A stretch of 64,000 nt of DNA from Flavobacterium sp. (GTDB lineage Bacteria > Bacteroidota > Bacteroidia > Flavobacteriales > Flavobacteriaceae): positions 243 to 64,242 of the forward strand of contig DASVUR010000002.1 of the NCBI GenBank assembly GCA_036386895.1. Reading direction: 5' to 3'. Each line of letters opens with the position of its first letter. Position 1 is the first letter of the stretch. Of the stretch, positions 40,014 to 49,263 are shown in pieces. Under the pieces are notes generated by a model. It was not told the origin of the DNA, searched no databases, and was given only the letters and a program-made list of their open reading frames with translations. Position numbers and translations under genes: made by a program.

Positions 40014-43000
40014 CTACCTTCCGTCAGGTACGTAAATATAGAAGGTTGCGCCTTGTCCGTCCTGGCCTTCGGCAAAGATAAAGCCTTTGTGGTTCAGCAA
40101 GATTTTTTTGCATATGGCCAGGCCGATTCCGGTACCAGAGTATTCATCCTTTCCGTGTAAACGCTGAAACGGCTCGAAAATTCGCGTCCTGAACTCCTCT
40201 GCAAAGCCAATTCCGTTATCGGAAACAACCACTTTCAGGTAGCTTATCGAGGTATCGCCGTCAATTGCCGCTATTTCTTTTCGCGAGGTTTTTTCGGTAT
40301 ATATCCGGATATGGGGAAGCGCATCGGCACGGCTGTATTTGATCGCATTTGAGATCAGGTTCAGGAAAAGCTGCCGGAACTGCGAAGGGATTACGGGTGC
40401 AAAAGGCATTTCTGCAATATCGATCTTCGTTTTGGATTCGACCAGTAGTTCCTTTATATCGTCAAGGACTTCATCAAGTATCTTGTTCAGGTCCGACTCG
40501 ACAAAAACGATTTTTTGGCTGCTTGTACGTGAATAGCTTATCAAGTCGTCTATGAGTTGCTGCATCCGGTTTGCCGAAATAATAACACGGTCGAGAAAGT
40601 CCTGCGATTCGGCAGAAACATTGGCTTTGTCTTTTGCAAGGACAAGTTTACTGAAGACTTGAATCTTTCGAAGCGGCTCCTTAAGGTCATGACTGGCAAT
40701 CGAACTGAAAGAAGCTAATTCGGTATTGCTGTATTCAAGTTCCTGATTTTTGGCGGTAAGTTGTTCGTTAGCGTTTTTGATCTCACTAATATCGGTTGCT
40801 ACACCGATGTACTGTATTACGTTACCGTTGCGGTCCCGTTTGAAGACAACATCCCGCGAAAGCTGGCACGTCCAGTCGCCGTCTTTGTTTTTCAGCCGGA
40901 ATTCTATTGTCGACATTTTTGCGTCTGACGAACCCTTGAGCGTACGCCGGTGTTCATAGACCTGCGCAAGATCGAACGGGTGGATAAGGGGTGAGAACAG
41001 ATCTATATCCGACTCTTCAATTTCTTCGGAAGTATAGCCGGTGGCTTCCAATGATTTTTTATTGATGAACACTATTTTTTCCTTTTGAAAATCGTACAGG
41101 TAGATCAGGTTTTGCGTAGTGTTCAATATCGATTGCAGGAATTCTTCCGATTCGCGAAGTTCTTTTGTGCGCTTTTCTACTTTTTCTTCAAGCGATGCAT
41201 AGAAGTTTTTCTGCTCGTGCATGTCCATACAACCGCCTGCAAATCCGGTAAAAGTGCCTGTAGAAGAGAGTCTCGGTACGGCTTTGGCAGTAATCCATCT
41301 GTATTCCGAATCGTATCTTCTTAAGCGGAATTCAAATGTAAATTCTATTTTAGCAGCAAAACCCTCGTATAACAATTCCACCATTTTTTGACGGTCGTCC
41401 GGGTGGACGTTCTCAATCCAGCCTTGCCCTTTTTCCTGTTCAATACTGCGACCGGTATAGTCAAGCCAGCTTTGGTTGAAAAAGGTTACTTCTTTTTTGT
41501 CGTTCGCCAGCCATAGCAATGCTGGAGCTGTGTTAGCCATGATGCGGAAGTTCTCATCACGGTCGGTTAACATGTTCGAGATTTTCCGTTCAGTTACATC
41601 TTCAAAAGCCAGCAGTACAAATTGCTCAGGATTGCGCTTGTTGATGATTTGGCGGGCGTTGACGATCAATGTCCGCTGACCGAGATTGTTGAAAGTTCCC
41701 GAAATTTCATGATCGACGACCTTTGATTTGTCGGGCAGGATATGCTCCATGAGCTCGCGCAGCTCCGGACTGCTCCATCGCCCGTTACCAATGTCGAATA
41801 TGGAGACGCCTTCCATCTCCTTTTCATCTATCTGAAAATAGTTATAAAACGACGTGTTGGCGCTTTTTATCCTCATTGCGCTGTTCAAAATTACGATCGG
41901 TTCCCGAATTGTGTCGATAATTGCCTCCGCTTCAATCCTGGCGCTAATCAATTGATCCTGTCGGTCTACAAGTTCATCATTAACACTGGAAAGTTCTTCG
42001 TTGTTCGACTGCAGTTCTTCTGCCGAGGTTTCAAGTTCCTCATTCAGCGTCCGTAGTTCTTCACTCGCCGTAAGCAGTTCTTCATTCGCGTTCTGAAGTT
42101 TTTCGTGGACCGCTTCCTGATTGGCGGTCACCTTCCTAATGTCGGCATGAATACGCGTCAGTTCGCTTTCGAGTTCCAAGATCCGATCTGAGTCCGGTTG
42201 CTCCCCGACCCCGTTTTGCGAAGTTGACGGCGCTATTTTATGAAAAACAACAAGCAAATGCTGAGCCTCTGGTGTTAACGGACTAATATCAAAATCAACA
42301 GTGTAGGTACATCTCGCACACTTAATTCCTTTGACAGCTATTACGGATTTTGTTTCGCGCTGTTTCAGCAGGGCGCGTTGCAGTTCAAATTCGAGCCCTT
42401 CGCGCGCCATCCGTATCAGGTTAAGGTTCGTTTTTGCGGCAGAATGTACCAGGAACGGAGCAGTATCACCATGAATATGCAGTATCTGATGTTCCCCATC
42501 TATGATAACCGCTGCAGGCGAATACCGCGTCAGCAAAGCCGACTGGGCTAAACCGGCGAGCGTGTTAGTATCGGTCTTGATGTTCTTTAAATCAGGTAAG
42601 TTGTTCAGGTTAGAGCGGTTCGCAGGCATTGGCGGTTCAAACCTTCGCTTTCCTGCAGCACGGGTTCGGATATAAATCTTATGTTGTTTGCTTACCGGCT
42701 CAAAAAGGCCTTCTGCTTGTTCTGTAGATTCTGATTTCCCGAGAAAAAGCATTCCAGTATCCTTCAAGGCATAGTGGAACGAACTCAGCACTTTCTTCTG
42801 TAGCGGTTGATCGAAGTAAACCAGGACGTTGCGACACGTTAGCAGGTCGATTCGTGAAAATGGCGGATCTTTTATCAGATCGTGGATTGCGAAAATGCAC
42901 ATCTCTCGGATGACTTTACTGACGTGATAGGTGTTGTTGATCTTGTCGAAGTAATTGTGCAGCCGCGTTTCTGATACGTTTTGAAGTTCTTCACGCGCAT

Positions 43001-44102
43001 ATTTTCCGGCACGTGCTTTTGTTATGACCTTCTCGGTAAGATCGGTCGCGAAAATCTGCGCTTTGACTCCCGGCGCTTCCGCGCGAAGGAACTCGTGGAG
43101 GCAGATAGCAACTGAATAGGCTTCTTCCCCGGTAGAGCAACCGGCAATCCATACCCGGATCATGTCGCCGGGCTGCTTATGTGACAGGATATGTGGAAAA
43201 ACCGTCTTCGAAAGCGCATCAAAGGACTCCGAATCGCGAAAGAAGAAGCTTACCGGTATAAGTAAGTCGTTAAACAACAATTCCTGCTCATCTGTTGACT
43301 GACGCAGGTGTTTTAGGTAATGGGTGGGTTCTTCGTTTTTGGTAGCAACCATACGCCTTGCCATTCTACGCCGTAAAGTCACTTGTTTGTAGTGGCTAAA
43401 ATCGGTTCCGCTTCGCGAGCCGATCACCTTTAAAATTTGCCGGAAGATTTCTTCGCTATCAGGAGCAAGCGGCAAATCCGAATACGCGTTTGCTATCGTG
43501 TAAGCGCGTCGCACGGTCAACAGGTGGTTTGGCATCTCTTCGGGAAGCAGGACAAAGTCGACTGCTCCTGAATCAATCGCGTTCTGTGGCATCGCGCTAA
43601 AAACAGCGTCATCTGTCGACTGTGCGTATGTTATCGCGCCTGATTCCTTGAGTTTTTTCAGACCACTGGTACCATCGAATCCTGTTCCTGAAAGTACGAT
43701 TCCGAGTGCAAAACTTTGATGCACTTCAGCTAACGAACCCAAAAAGAGGTCAATGGGCATGTTACTCTTCAGTGAAAGGTCCCGCGGTGCTAATTTAAGC
43801 TTTCCGTCTTCAGCGACAAGAATCTTATTTTCAGGAAGGACATAGATGTGATTAGGAGCGAGTTGGAGATCATCTGTGATCTGATGTACCGGCAATTTCG
43901 TATGCTGCTTGATAATTTGGGGTAGGAGACTTTCGTGATCGGGAGCAAGATGCTGCACCAATACATACGCCATTCCCGAGGTTGCGGTGATTGCGCCTAC
44001 GAACCTCTTAAACGGGTCCAATCCGCCTGCCGAAGCGCCAATGCCAACTACGGGAAATCGTGCAATGGGTTTTAACGGGATATTTTTTTTTACTGCTGAC
44101 AT
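40014..44102 (-). CDS. CheB-CheR-coiled coil-PAS-PAS-PAS histidine kinase fusion
   Basis: CheB triad GASAGG / VQHL / GTGFDG; CheR WIAGCSTGEEAYS and CRNVLVYFD; PAS WIENVHPDDR and LIHPFD; H-box SHDLKEPLRK; start probably MSAVKK (44102). Confidence 0.92.
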   Translation of the reverse strand: MSAVKKNIPLKPIARFPVVGIGASAGGLDPFKRFVGAITATSGMAYVLVQHLAPDHESLLPQIIKQHTKLPVHQITDDLQLAPNHIYVLPENKILVAEDGKLKLAPRDLSLKSNMPIDLFLGSLAEVHQSFALGIVLSGTGFDGTSGLKKLKESGAITYAQSTDDAVFSAMPQNAIDSGAVDFVLLPEEMPNHLLTVRRAYTIANAYSDLPLAPDSEEIFRQILKVIGSRSGTDFSHYKQVTLRRRMARRMVATKNEEPTHYLKHLRQSTDEQELLFNDLLIPVSFFFRDSESFDALSKTVFPHILSHKQPGDMIRVWIAGCSTGEEAYSVAICLHEFLRAEAPGVKAQIFATDLTEKVITKARAGKYAREELQNVSETRLHNYFDKINNTYHVSKVIREMCIFAIHDLIKDPPFSRIDLLTCRNVLVYFDQPLQKKVLSSFHYALKDTGMLFLGKSESTEQAEGLFEPVSKQHKIYIRTRAAGKRRFEPPMPANRSNLNNLPDLKNIKTDTNTLAGLAQSALLTRYSPAAVIIDGEHQILHIHGDTAPFLVHSAAKTNLNLIRMAREGLEFELQRALLKQRETKSVIAVKGIKCARCTYTVDFDISPLTPEAQHLLVVFHKIAPSTSQNGVGEQPDSDRILELESELTRIHADIRKVTANQEAVHEKLQNANEELLTASEELRTLNEELETSAEELQSNNEELSSVNDELVDRQDQLISARIEAEAIIDTIREPIVILNSAMRIKSANTSFYNYFQIDEKEMEGVSIFDIGNGRWSSPELRELMEHILPDKSKVVDHEISGTFNNLGQRTLIVNARQIINKRNPEQFVLLAFEDVTERKISNMLTDRDENFRIMANTAPALLWLANDKKEVTFFNQSWLDYTGRSIEQEKGQGWIENVHPDDRQKMVELLYEGFAAKIEFTFEFRLRRYDSEYRWITAKAVPRLSSTGTFTGFAGGCMDMHEQKNFYASLEEKVEKRTKELRESEEFLQSILNTTQNLIYLYDFQKEKIVFINKKSLEATGYTSEEIEESDIDLFSPLIHPFDLAQVYEHRRTLKGSSDAKMSTIEFRLKNKDGDWTCQLSRDVVFKRDRNGNVIQYIGVATDISEIKNANEQLTAKNQELEYSNTELASFSSIASHDLKEPLRKIQVFSKLVLAKDKANVSAESQDFLDRVIISANRMQQLIDDLISYSRTSSQKIVFVESDLNKILDEVLDDIKELLVESKTKIDIAEMPFAPVIPSQFRQLFLNLISNAIKYSRADALPHIRIYTEKTSRKEIAAIDGDTSISYLKVVVSDNGIGFAEEFRTRIFEPFQRLHGKDEYSGTGIGLAICKKILLNHKGFIFAEGQDGQGATFYIYVPDGR

Positions 44103-44376
44103 TGAGAGCACAAGAAAATTGAAGGGCAAAGGTAAGAAAGCGATCTGCACCCGCCGTTGTTTATGTTACAGTTTATGCCACAATATAGAAATTGCCATTA
44201 AATCGTCCAAAAAATGTGGAGTGAAAACATTAAAATGGGACTTGTCTGTCAGATATTTCTTCTAGCGCGGAAACCCGTGCCGATGCAGATTTAAAGCGGG
44301 GTTAATTTTATGCTAACATTTAGCCATTATCGCGTATTTGGCGTTGGTTTTCATAACTTTAAGTAAACAAAAACAG

Positions 44377-44634
44377 ATGAAAACAATTTTGGCTTTCGCG
44401 GTGTTTTTTACTTTCGCAGCTGCATCCGCACAGGACTCTACTTATACGACGACCAAGGTAAAAACCGAAAAGAAGACAGAACGTGTGGTAAAAAAGAAGC
44501 GCCCGGCCAATACAGCGACGCGTACAACTACAAACACAGGCAACGATACACTCAACCGATCGACCGATCCGGTACGCAAACAACCAGATCCTGCAACGAC
44601 ACCTGTAATTACAGATCCCGTTCAAACCAGATAA
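44377..44634 (+). CDS. Small secreted Thr/Lys/Pro-rich disordered protein
   Basis: Signal peptide MKTILAFAVFFTFAAASA|QDST; D-S/T-x putative Bacteroidota O-glycosylation sites (DST, DTL). Confidence 0.7.
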   Translation: MKTILAFAVFFTFAAASAQDSTYTTTKVKTEKKTERVVKKKRPANTATRTTTNTGNDTLNRSTDPVRKQPDPATTPVITDPVQTR

Positions 44635-44656
44635 CGTAAATAATCAATTATAAGCT

Positions 44657-45550
44657 ATGAAAGAAAACAACAACAAACACGCATTGATAACCGGTGCGAC
44701 AAGTGGAATAGGCTACGAACTCGCAAAGCTTTTTGCAGCCGATAATTACAACCTGATACTGGTGGCGCGTAACCGCGAAAATCTTGAGATTACGGCTCGT
44801 GAAATGGAAGCATTGGCTAAGGAGAATCATGTTCACATTATAGAGTCGGATTTGTTTGAGCCGGGCGCTGCCGAAGAAATTTACGCCAAAACAACAGCAT
44901 TGGGCGTAACGGTTGATGTGCTGGTAAACAATGCAGGGCAGGGCGAATGGGGGAAATTCTCTACAACCGACCTACAACGCGAGATTGACATCGTTCAGCT
45001 GAATATTATTGCGATGATGAGCCTGACGAAGCTGTATCTGAAAGACATGCTGGCACGGAACGAGGGTAAGATTCTTCAACTCGCATCATCCGCTTCCAAA
45101 GCGCCTTCTCCGTACCTTTCGGTTTATGCTGCGACAAAGGCATTTGTCCTTTCTCTGTCGGAAGCGCTGATGAAAGAGATTGAAGATACCAATGTTACGA
45201 TAACCGTCTTACGTCCGGGGCCAACCGATACAGATTTCTTTCACAAAGCAAAAGGTGAGAATTCCACCGTCTACAAAGAAATGCCAATGTATACGCCTGA
45301 AGAAGTTGCTAAAGCGGGTTTTAAAGGTTTAATGGACGGTGACGCCGTTGTTATGCCGGGAATGATGAACAAAATGCAGGAAGCCGCAAATTTGGTGATG
45401 CCCGACAGTATGGTTGCCGGGACTATGAAAAAACAGATGGAACCAAGCGATAAGGCCGACGGCAAGACCAAGATCGATCATCCTGCGTCGGCACGTGAAC
45501 GCGAAAGCATTAATGAATTGAATGAAGATACGAATGGCGATTATGCCTGA
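44657..45550 (+). CDS. Short-chain dehydrogenase/reductase
   Basis: TGATSGIG, NNAG, YAATK, PGPTDT. Confidence 0.92.
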   Translation: MKENNNKHALITGATSGIGYELAKLFAADNYNLILVARNRENLEITAREMEALAKENHVHIIESDLFEPGAAEEIYAKTTALGVTVDVLVNNAGQGEWGKFSTTDLQREIDIVQLNIIAMMSLTKLYLKDMLARNEGKILQLASSASKAPSPYLSVYAATKAFVLSLSEALMKEIEDTNVTITVLRPGPTDTDFFHKAKGENSTVYKEMPMYTPEEVAKAGFKGLMDGDAVVMPGMMNKMQEAANLVMPDSMVAGTMKKQMEPSDKADGKTKIDHPASARERESINELNEDTNGDYA

Positions 45551-45555
45551 GAAGG

Positions 45556-46230
45556 CTAGTGCCACATAATCTCATCTACTGATGGCAGCGAGTGGAGTTC
45601 CGACACCATTGCTGCCATTACTGTTTTATTGAGCGTGGTAAATGAAATTTCCATTGCGCAGCCTTTATCTATCTTTTCTATCGTAAAACCGCTGACTTCA
45701 ACACTCTGAACACTCCATAGCTTTTGAAGTACCTCTGTTGTCATTAGCTGCTCACTGCCGCTAATGCGTAAAGTTTTCATCGTTCCCTTGAGCGCAAATT
45801 TTTTCTGAACAATTTGAAGTCCCCAAAGGATAATGATCGCAATCAGCGTTGCTGCGACCGCCGCAAAGTACATCCCGCCTCCTGTTGCAAGACCAATCCC
45901 AGCTATTGTCCATAACCCTGAAGCCGTTGTCAATCCCTTTACGGTTGCCGGTTTGAGGAACAATATTGTTCCGGCACCCAGGAATCCTATCCCGCTTACA
46001 ACCTGAGCCGCAACGCGTGATGGATCGAGGCTCACATGTGGATGATTAATAATATCTGAAAAGCCAAAAGAGGACACCATCATTGCCAGGCAAGCGCCAA
46101 GGCACACCATCATGTGGGTTCGCATTCCGGCGCCAACAGCCCATTCCTTACGTTCGCGTTCCAGTCCGACTGCAGCTCCAAATACAGCTGCCAATAGTAA
46201 TCTTAATAAAATTTCTGTCCAGTCAAGCAT
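45556..46230 (-). CDS. MgtC/SapB family membrane protein
   Basis: GLERE, AGMRTH, DPSRVAAQVVSGIGFLGAG, GLTTASGLW. Confidence 0.92.
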   Translation of the reverse strand: MLDWTEILLRLLLAAVFGAAVGLERERKEWAVGAGMRTHMMVCLGACLAMMVSSFGFSDIINHPHVSLDPSRVAAQVVSGIGFLGAGTILFLKPATVKGLTTASGLWTIAGIGLATGGGMYFAAVAATLIAIIILWGLQIVQKKFALKGTMKTLRISGSEQLMTTEVLQKLWSVQSVEVSGFTIEKIDKGCAMEISFTTLNKTVMAAMVSELHSLPSVDEIMWH

Positions 46231-46249
46231 AGTGTAAAGTTAATTAATT

Positions 46250-46278
46250 AAAAATCCCCACAGTTACGCGGGGATTTT
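46250..46278. terminator. Intrinsic terminator after the Gly/Thr lipoprotein gene
   Basis: AAAATCCCC-N10-GGGGATTTT. Confidence 0.65.
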
Positions 46279-46324
46279 CTTAAGCAAAATAGTTTAACCA
46301 ATAATCTAAAGAGTGCTTAAGTTA

Positions 46325-46699
46325 TTACATTCCAGTTCCAGTTCCACCAGTTCCAGTTCCGCCGGTTCCGCCACCACCAGTTCCGCCGGTAGTACCACCA
46401 GTTCCACCAGTTCCACCAGTTCCGCCAGTTCCACCTGTTCCAGAACCGCTACCTGTTGTTCCACCCGTTCCTCCAGTTCCTGTTGTTCCTGATCCTGTAC
46501 CCATACCTGTGGTATCAGTTGCAGTTCCGCCACCCATGTCGGTTCCATTTTGATCCGTTTCAGTTGAATACGTGTCAGTTGTTGTTGTTTCTGTGTCTGT
46601 TCCTTCAGCATCCTTGTTTTGATCTTTACAAGATCCAAGAGAAGCCACAGCGAAAGCAGCTACAACCAGCATGCTTCCTAATTTCATTGATTTTTTCAT
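46325..46699 (-). CDS. Gly/Thr-repeat lipoprotein
   Basis: Lipobox ASLGSC; C-terminal (GGT)n repeats. Confidence 0.8.
   Translation of the reverse strand: MKKSMKLGSMLVVAAFAVASLGSCKDQNKDAEGTDTETTTTDTYSTETDQNGTDMGGGTATDTTGMGTGSGTTGTGGTGGTTGSGSGTGGTGGTGGTGGTGGTTGGTGGGGTGGTGTGGTGTGM
46330..46480 (-). repeat. 9-bp ACCAGTTCC-type tandem repeats encoding GTG/GGT
   Basis: ccagttccaccagttccaccagttccgccagttcc... on the plus strand. Confidence 0.85.
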
Positions 46700-46731
46700 A
46701 ATTTCAGATTTAATAGAATTAATAACTCAAT

Positions 46732-46791
46732 CAAAATTAGGTTAACACCCCGTTATTTTTTTATATAATTTTTACTGATTCTTGTACTATC
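46732..46791 (-). promoter_or_regulatory. Island regulon promoter of the lipoprotein gene
   Basis: Minus strand gatagtacaa-N11-aattatataa-N21-TAATTTTG. Confidence 0.6.
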
Positions 46792-46801
46792 TCCAACCCA
46801 T

Positions 46802-46862
46802 GATTGTACAAGAATTTTATGGTTAATTATAAAGCGTCTGAATTTGGGTTTTTCCATCTTTA
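46802..46862 (+). promoter_or_regulatory. Degenerate island regulon promoter of the 46880 membrane gene
   Basis: gattgtacaa-N11-ttaattataa-N22-CATCTTTA. Confidence 0.4.
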
Positions 46863-46879
46863 GGACAAATAAAATTCAG

Positions 46880-47323
46880 ATGGATATCATTAAAATCCTT
46901 GCAGCTACTGTCGTAGCGACTTCTCTCATGACTATGTGCAGCTACTATTTTTCAGAGAAATTTCAGGAACTGTATAAAGAGCCTGTGTTGTTGAAGAAAA
47001 TTTTACAGCGGCTTAAGGTAAATCTCTCTGAGGGTTGGCAAAAAGCCGCGGGCTGGCTGATTCATTACTCGATTGGGCTGCTGTTTATAATAGCATACAA
47101 CCTGATATGGACCTACACGTACCTGGACCCCACATGGTTTTGCGGAATCGTGTTTGGTATAATCAGCGGAGGCATCGGGATAGCAGGCTGGATGGTCATC
47201 TTCAGACTACCAAAAGACGCTCCGAGAATTGATTTTCGCGGCTATTACCTGCAGCTTTTCGTAGTGCACATCGTATTTGCGCTGGCGGCTGTTGCCGTCT
47301 ACAAATTGTGGGACATATTGTAA
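46880..47323 (+). CDS. Hypothetical 4-TM membrane protein
   Basis: Four hydrophobic segments, GWLIHYSIG and QLFVVHIVF; start reset to MDIIKI. Confidence 0.7.
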   Translation: MDIIKILAATVVATSLMTMCSYYFSEKFQELYKEPVLLKKILQRLKVNLSEGWQKAAGWLIHYSIGLLFIIAYNLIWTYTYLDPTWFCGIVFGIISGGIGIAGWMVIFRLPKDAPRIDFRGYYLQLFVVHIVFALAAVAVYKLWDIL

Positions 47324-48046
47324 TTAACACTTTTCCCTGCCCCAGATAAGCACCTGCTGCAGGGTTGAAAAATGTTTGTCCTCGGTTTTTCGATTGCTTA
47401 GGCGGAGTGCGCCTTTTTGGTAGTGAATCACAAGCTTTTTCATTTTCATGTTCTTCAGCGGCCATGGGCAGTGGTGTATTACAATCCTGTAAAGCTGTTT
47501 GCGGCGTTTTTGGTAGACACAATACCTTTCTGTCAGCCAACGGTCGAGCCCTGTTCGGTTTTGGATGTATTCCAGTGGAAGAAATTTTGTAAACAGAAAG
47601 TGCCGTTCTTTTGCATTAGTTAAAACAAATTCGTTCAGCTTCCGGATAATATCCGCTTTTTTGTAGCTGAACCCGAGGAAGGTCCGACTCAACAACATCG
47701 GCGCGAGCCGGTCTGATTCTATAGATAGAAAATATATTCCCGGAACTCCGTCTTTGATAACATACGTCCGGAGATTTACCTCATTAAATTCTGAAAGCGG
47801 TTTGACCGAGGGGAGAAATCGCATCCGTGTACGCTTAACCGTGAAGGCTACCAGCGAAACATAGACGTTTCCTTCGAACGTATCGAGAGCAAGATCTTTT
47901 GGAATCAATGGCGCAATGACATCTTCAGGGAAAACCCAGTGAAAGAACAACGTGTCATGCCATTCCTGATAATATTTCCACGGCTTACCCGGCATCGGAA
48001 ATGGGCGGTGCAATGTATATTGTAAAATTTCGGAAATTGAGTTCAT
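47324..48046 (-). CDS. DUF2071 / YqjF family protein
   Basis: YQEWHDTLFFHW, FNEVNLRTYV, PGIYFLS, WLTERY. Confidence 0.85.
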   Translation of the reverse strand: MNSISEILQYTLHRPFPMPGKPWKYYQEWHDTLFFHWVFPEDVIAPLIPKDLALDTFEGNVYVSLVAFTVKRTRMRFLPSVKPLSEFNEVNLRTYVIKDGVPGIYFLSIESDRLAPMLLSRTFLGFSYKKADIIRKLNEFVLTNAKERHFLFTKFLPLEYIQNRTGLDRWLTERYCVYQKRRKQLYRIVIHHCPWPLKNMKMKKLVIHYQKGALRLSNRKTEDKHFSTLQQVLIWGREKC

Positions 48047-48063
48047 CGTAAATATTGATATAC

Positions 48064-48094
48064 AAACAAAGACCCATCAGAAAACTGACGGGCC
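48064..48094 (-). terminator. Intrinsic terminator after glf
   Basis: Minus strand GGCCCGTCAG-tttt-CTGATGGGTC-TTTGTTTG. Confidence 0.75.
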
Positions 48095-48117
48095 TGAAGT
48101 TGTTGGTAAAATAGGAG

Positions 48118-49263
48118 TTATATTGCTTCTTTCGTCAGCTCGTGCTGCATCGGTGCCTTTTCAAGTTCGTAGAAAAGATCGATCGCATTTTTAAATGCCT
48201 GGTCCATGTTGAAGTATTTATAGTTGGCTAGCCTTCCCACGAAATAAACATCGGTCAGCGTATCAGCCTCGGCCTTATATTTCTCGTAGATCTCCTGGTT
48301 TCTGGAGTTCGGAACCGGATAATAGGGCTCGCCTTCATCTACCGTATATTCACGAACGATCGTCGTCTTGTCGGATTGCTGATTTCCGAAGTGCTTGTAT
48401 TCCACGATACGTGTAAAATCGACTTCGGTTCCCGGATAGTTAACTACAGAATTTTCCTGGAAGAATTCAGCGTCAACAGTTTCTGACACGAAATTGATCG
48501 AACGGTATTCCAGCTTCTCAACAAGGCTGTGCTTGAATTCAAAATAACGATCAACCGGGCCGGTATAAAACAGTTTATCGAAACCCGTAATGGTATCTTT
48601 GATATCGAAAAAATCAGTGTTTAGTTGTATAGTAATATTTGGGTGGTCGAGCAGGTTCTCAAACAGTTGTGTATAGCCACCTTTTGGCAATGCCTGATAT
48701 TTGTCGGAAAAGTAACGGTCATCGAAATTCGTCCGCACCGGAATTCGTTCCAAAACGGAGGCATGCAACTCTTCAGGATATTTATCCCACTGTTTTTTAG
48801 TGTAGTGACGGAACATCTTTTCGTAAAGTTCATTTCCGACTTTGCTGATAACGGCTTCGCGCCCATCTTTCGGACTGTCTATCTTTACGCGGTTTTCTTC
48901 AAGCCACGCCTTCATCTCGTCTTCGGTTTGGAGATTCTGTCCGAAGAGTTCGTTAACAGTAGTGATATTCACCGGAATCGGTACAAGCTTCTCATCCACT
49001 TTTGCAATTACCTTGTGTTCCCACGGATACCATTCTGAAAACCGGTTCACATATTCCCAAACATCTTCTTCATTGGTATGGAATAGGTGAGCGCCATATT
49101 TCGATACGAGGATACCGTTTTCATCGATATAATCATAGCAGTTTCCCGCAATATGATCGCGTTTCTCAATAATTAATACTTTCTTTCCTATCGCCGCATA
49201 ATGTTGCGCCAGTACTGCTCCGGAAATTCCGGCGCCAATAACTATTATATCGTAATTTTTCAT
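48118..49263 (-). CDS. glf: UDP-galactopyranose mutase
   Basis: IGAGISG, HIAGNCYD, YGAHLFHT, FTRIVEYKHF, EPYYP, GRLANYKYFNMDQ; ATGA overlap with the GT gene. Confidence 0.96.
   Translation of the reverse strand: MKNYDIIVIGAGISGAVLAQHYAAIGKKVLIIEKRDHIAGNCYDYIDENGILVSKYGAHLFHTNEEDVWEYVNRFSEWYPWEHKVIAKVDEKLVPIPVNITTVNELFGQNLQTEDEMKAWLEENRVKIDSPKDGREAVISKVGNELYEKMFRHYTKKQWDKYPEELHASVLERIPVRTNFDDRYFSDKYQALPKGGYTQLFENLLDHPNITIQLNTDFFDIKDTITGFDKLFYTGPVDRYFEFKHSLVEKLEYRSINFVSETVDAEFFQENSVVNYPGTEVDFTRIVEYKHFGNQQSDKTTIVREYTVDEGEPYYPVPNSRNQEIYEKYKAEADTLTDVYFVGRLANYKYFNMDQAFKNAIDLFYELEKAPMQHELTKEAI

Noticed and set aside
44081-44091. Poly-A run near the 5' end of the CheB-CheR kinase as a phase-variation tract
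   Set aside because: Only 9 nt, in frame and encoding Lys-Lys-Asn; such runs are common in this AT-rich genome.
44150-44376. Regulon sites sought upstream of the CheB-CheR kinase and the 44377 gene
   Set aside because: -7 boxes are present (TACCTTTG, TAACTTTA) but there is no acceptable 10-mer at the fixed spacing, so these genes are not counted as regulon members.
39661-46480. Tandem repeats as a possible CRISPR array or mobile-element ends
   Set aside because: They are in-frame coding repeats without spacers; no cas, transposase or integrase genes in the window.
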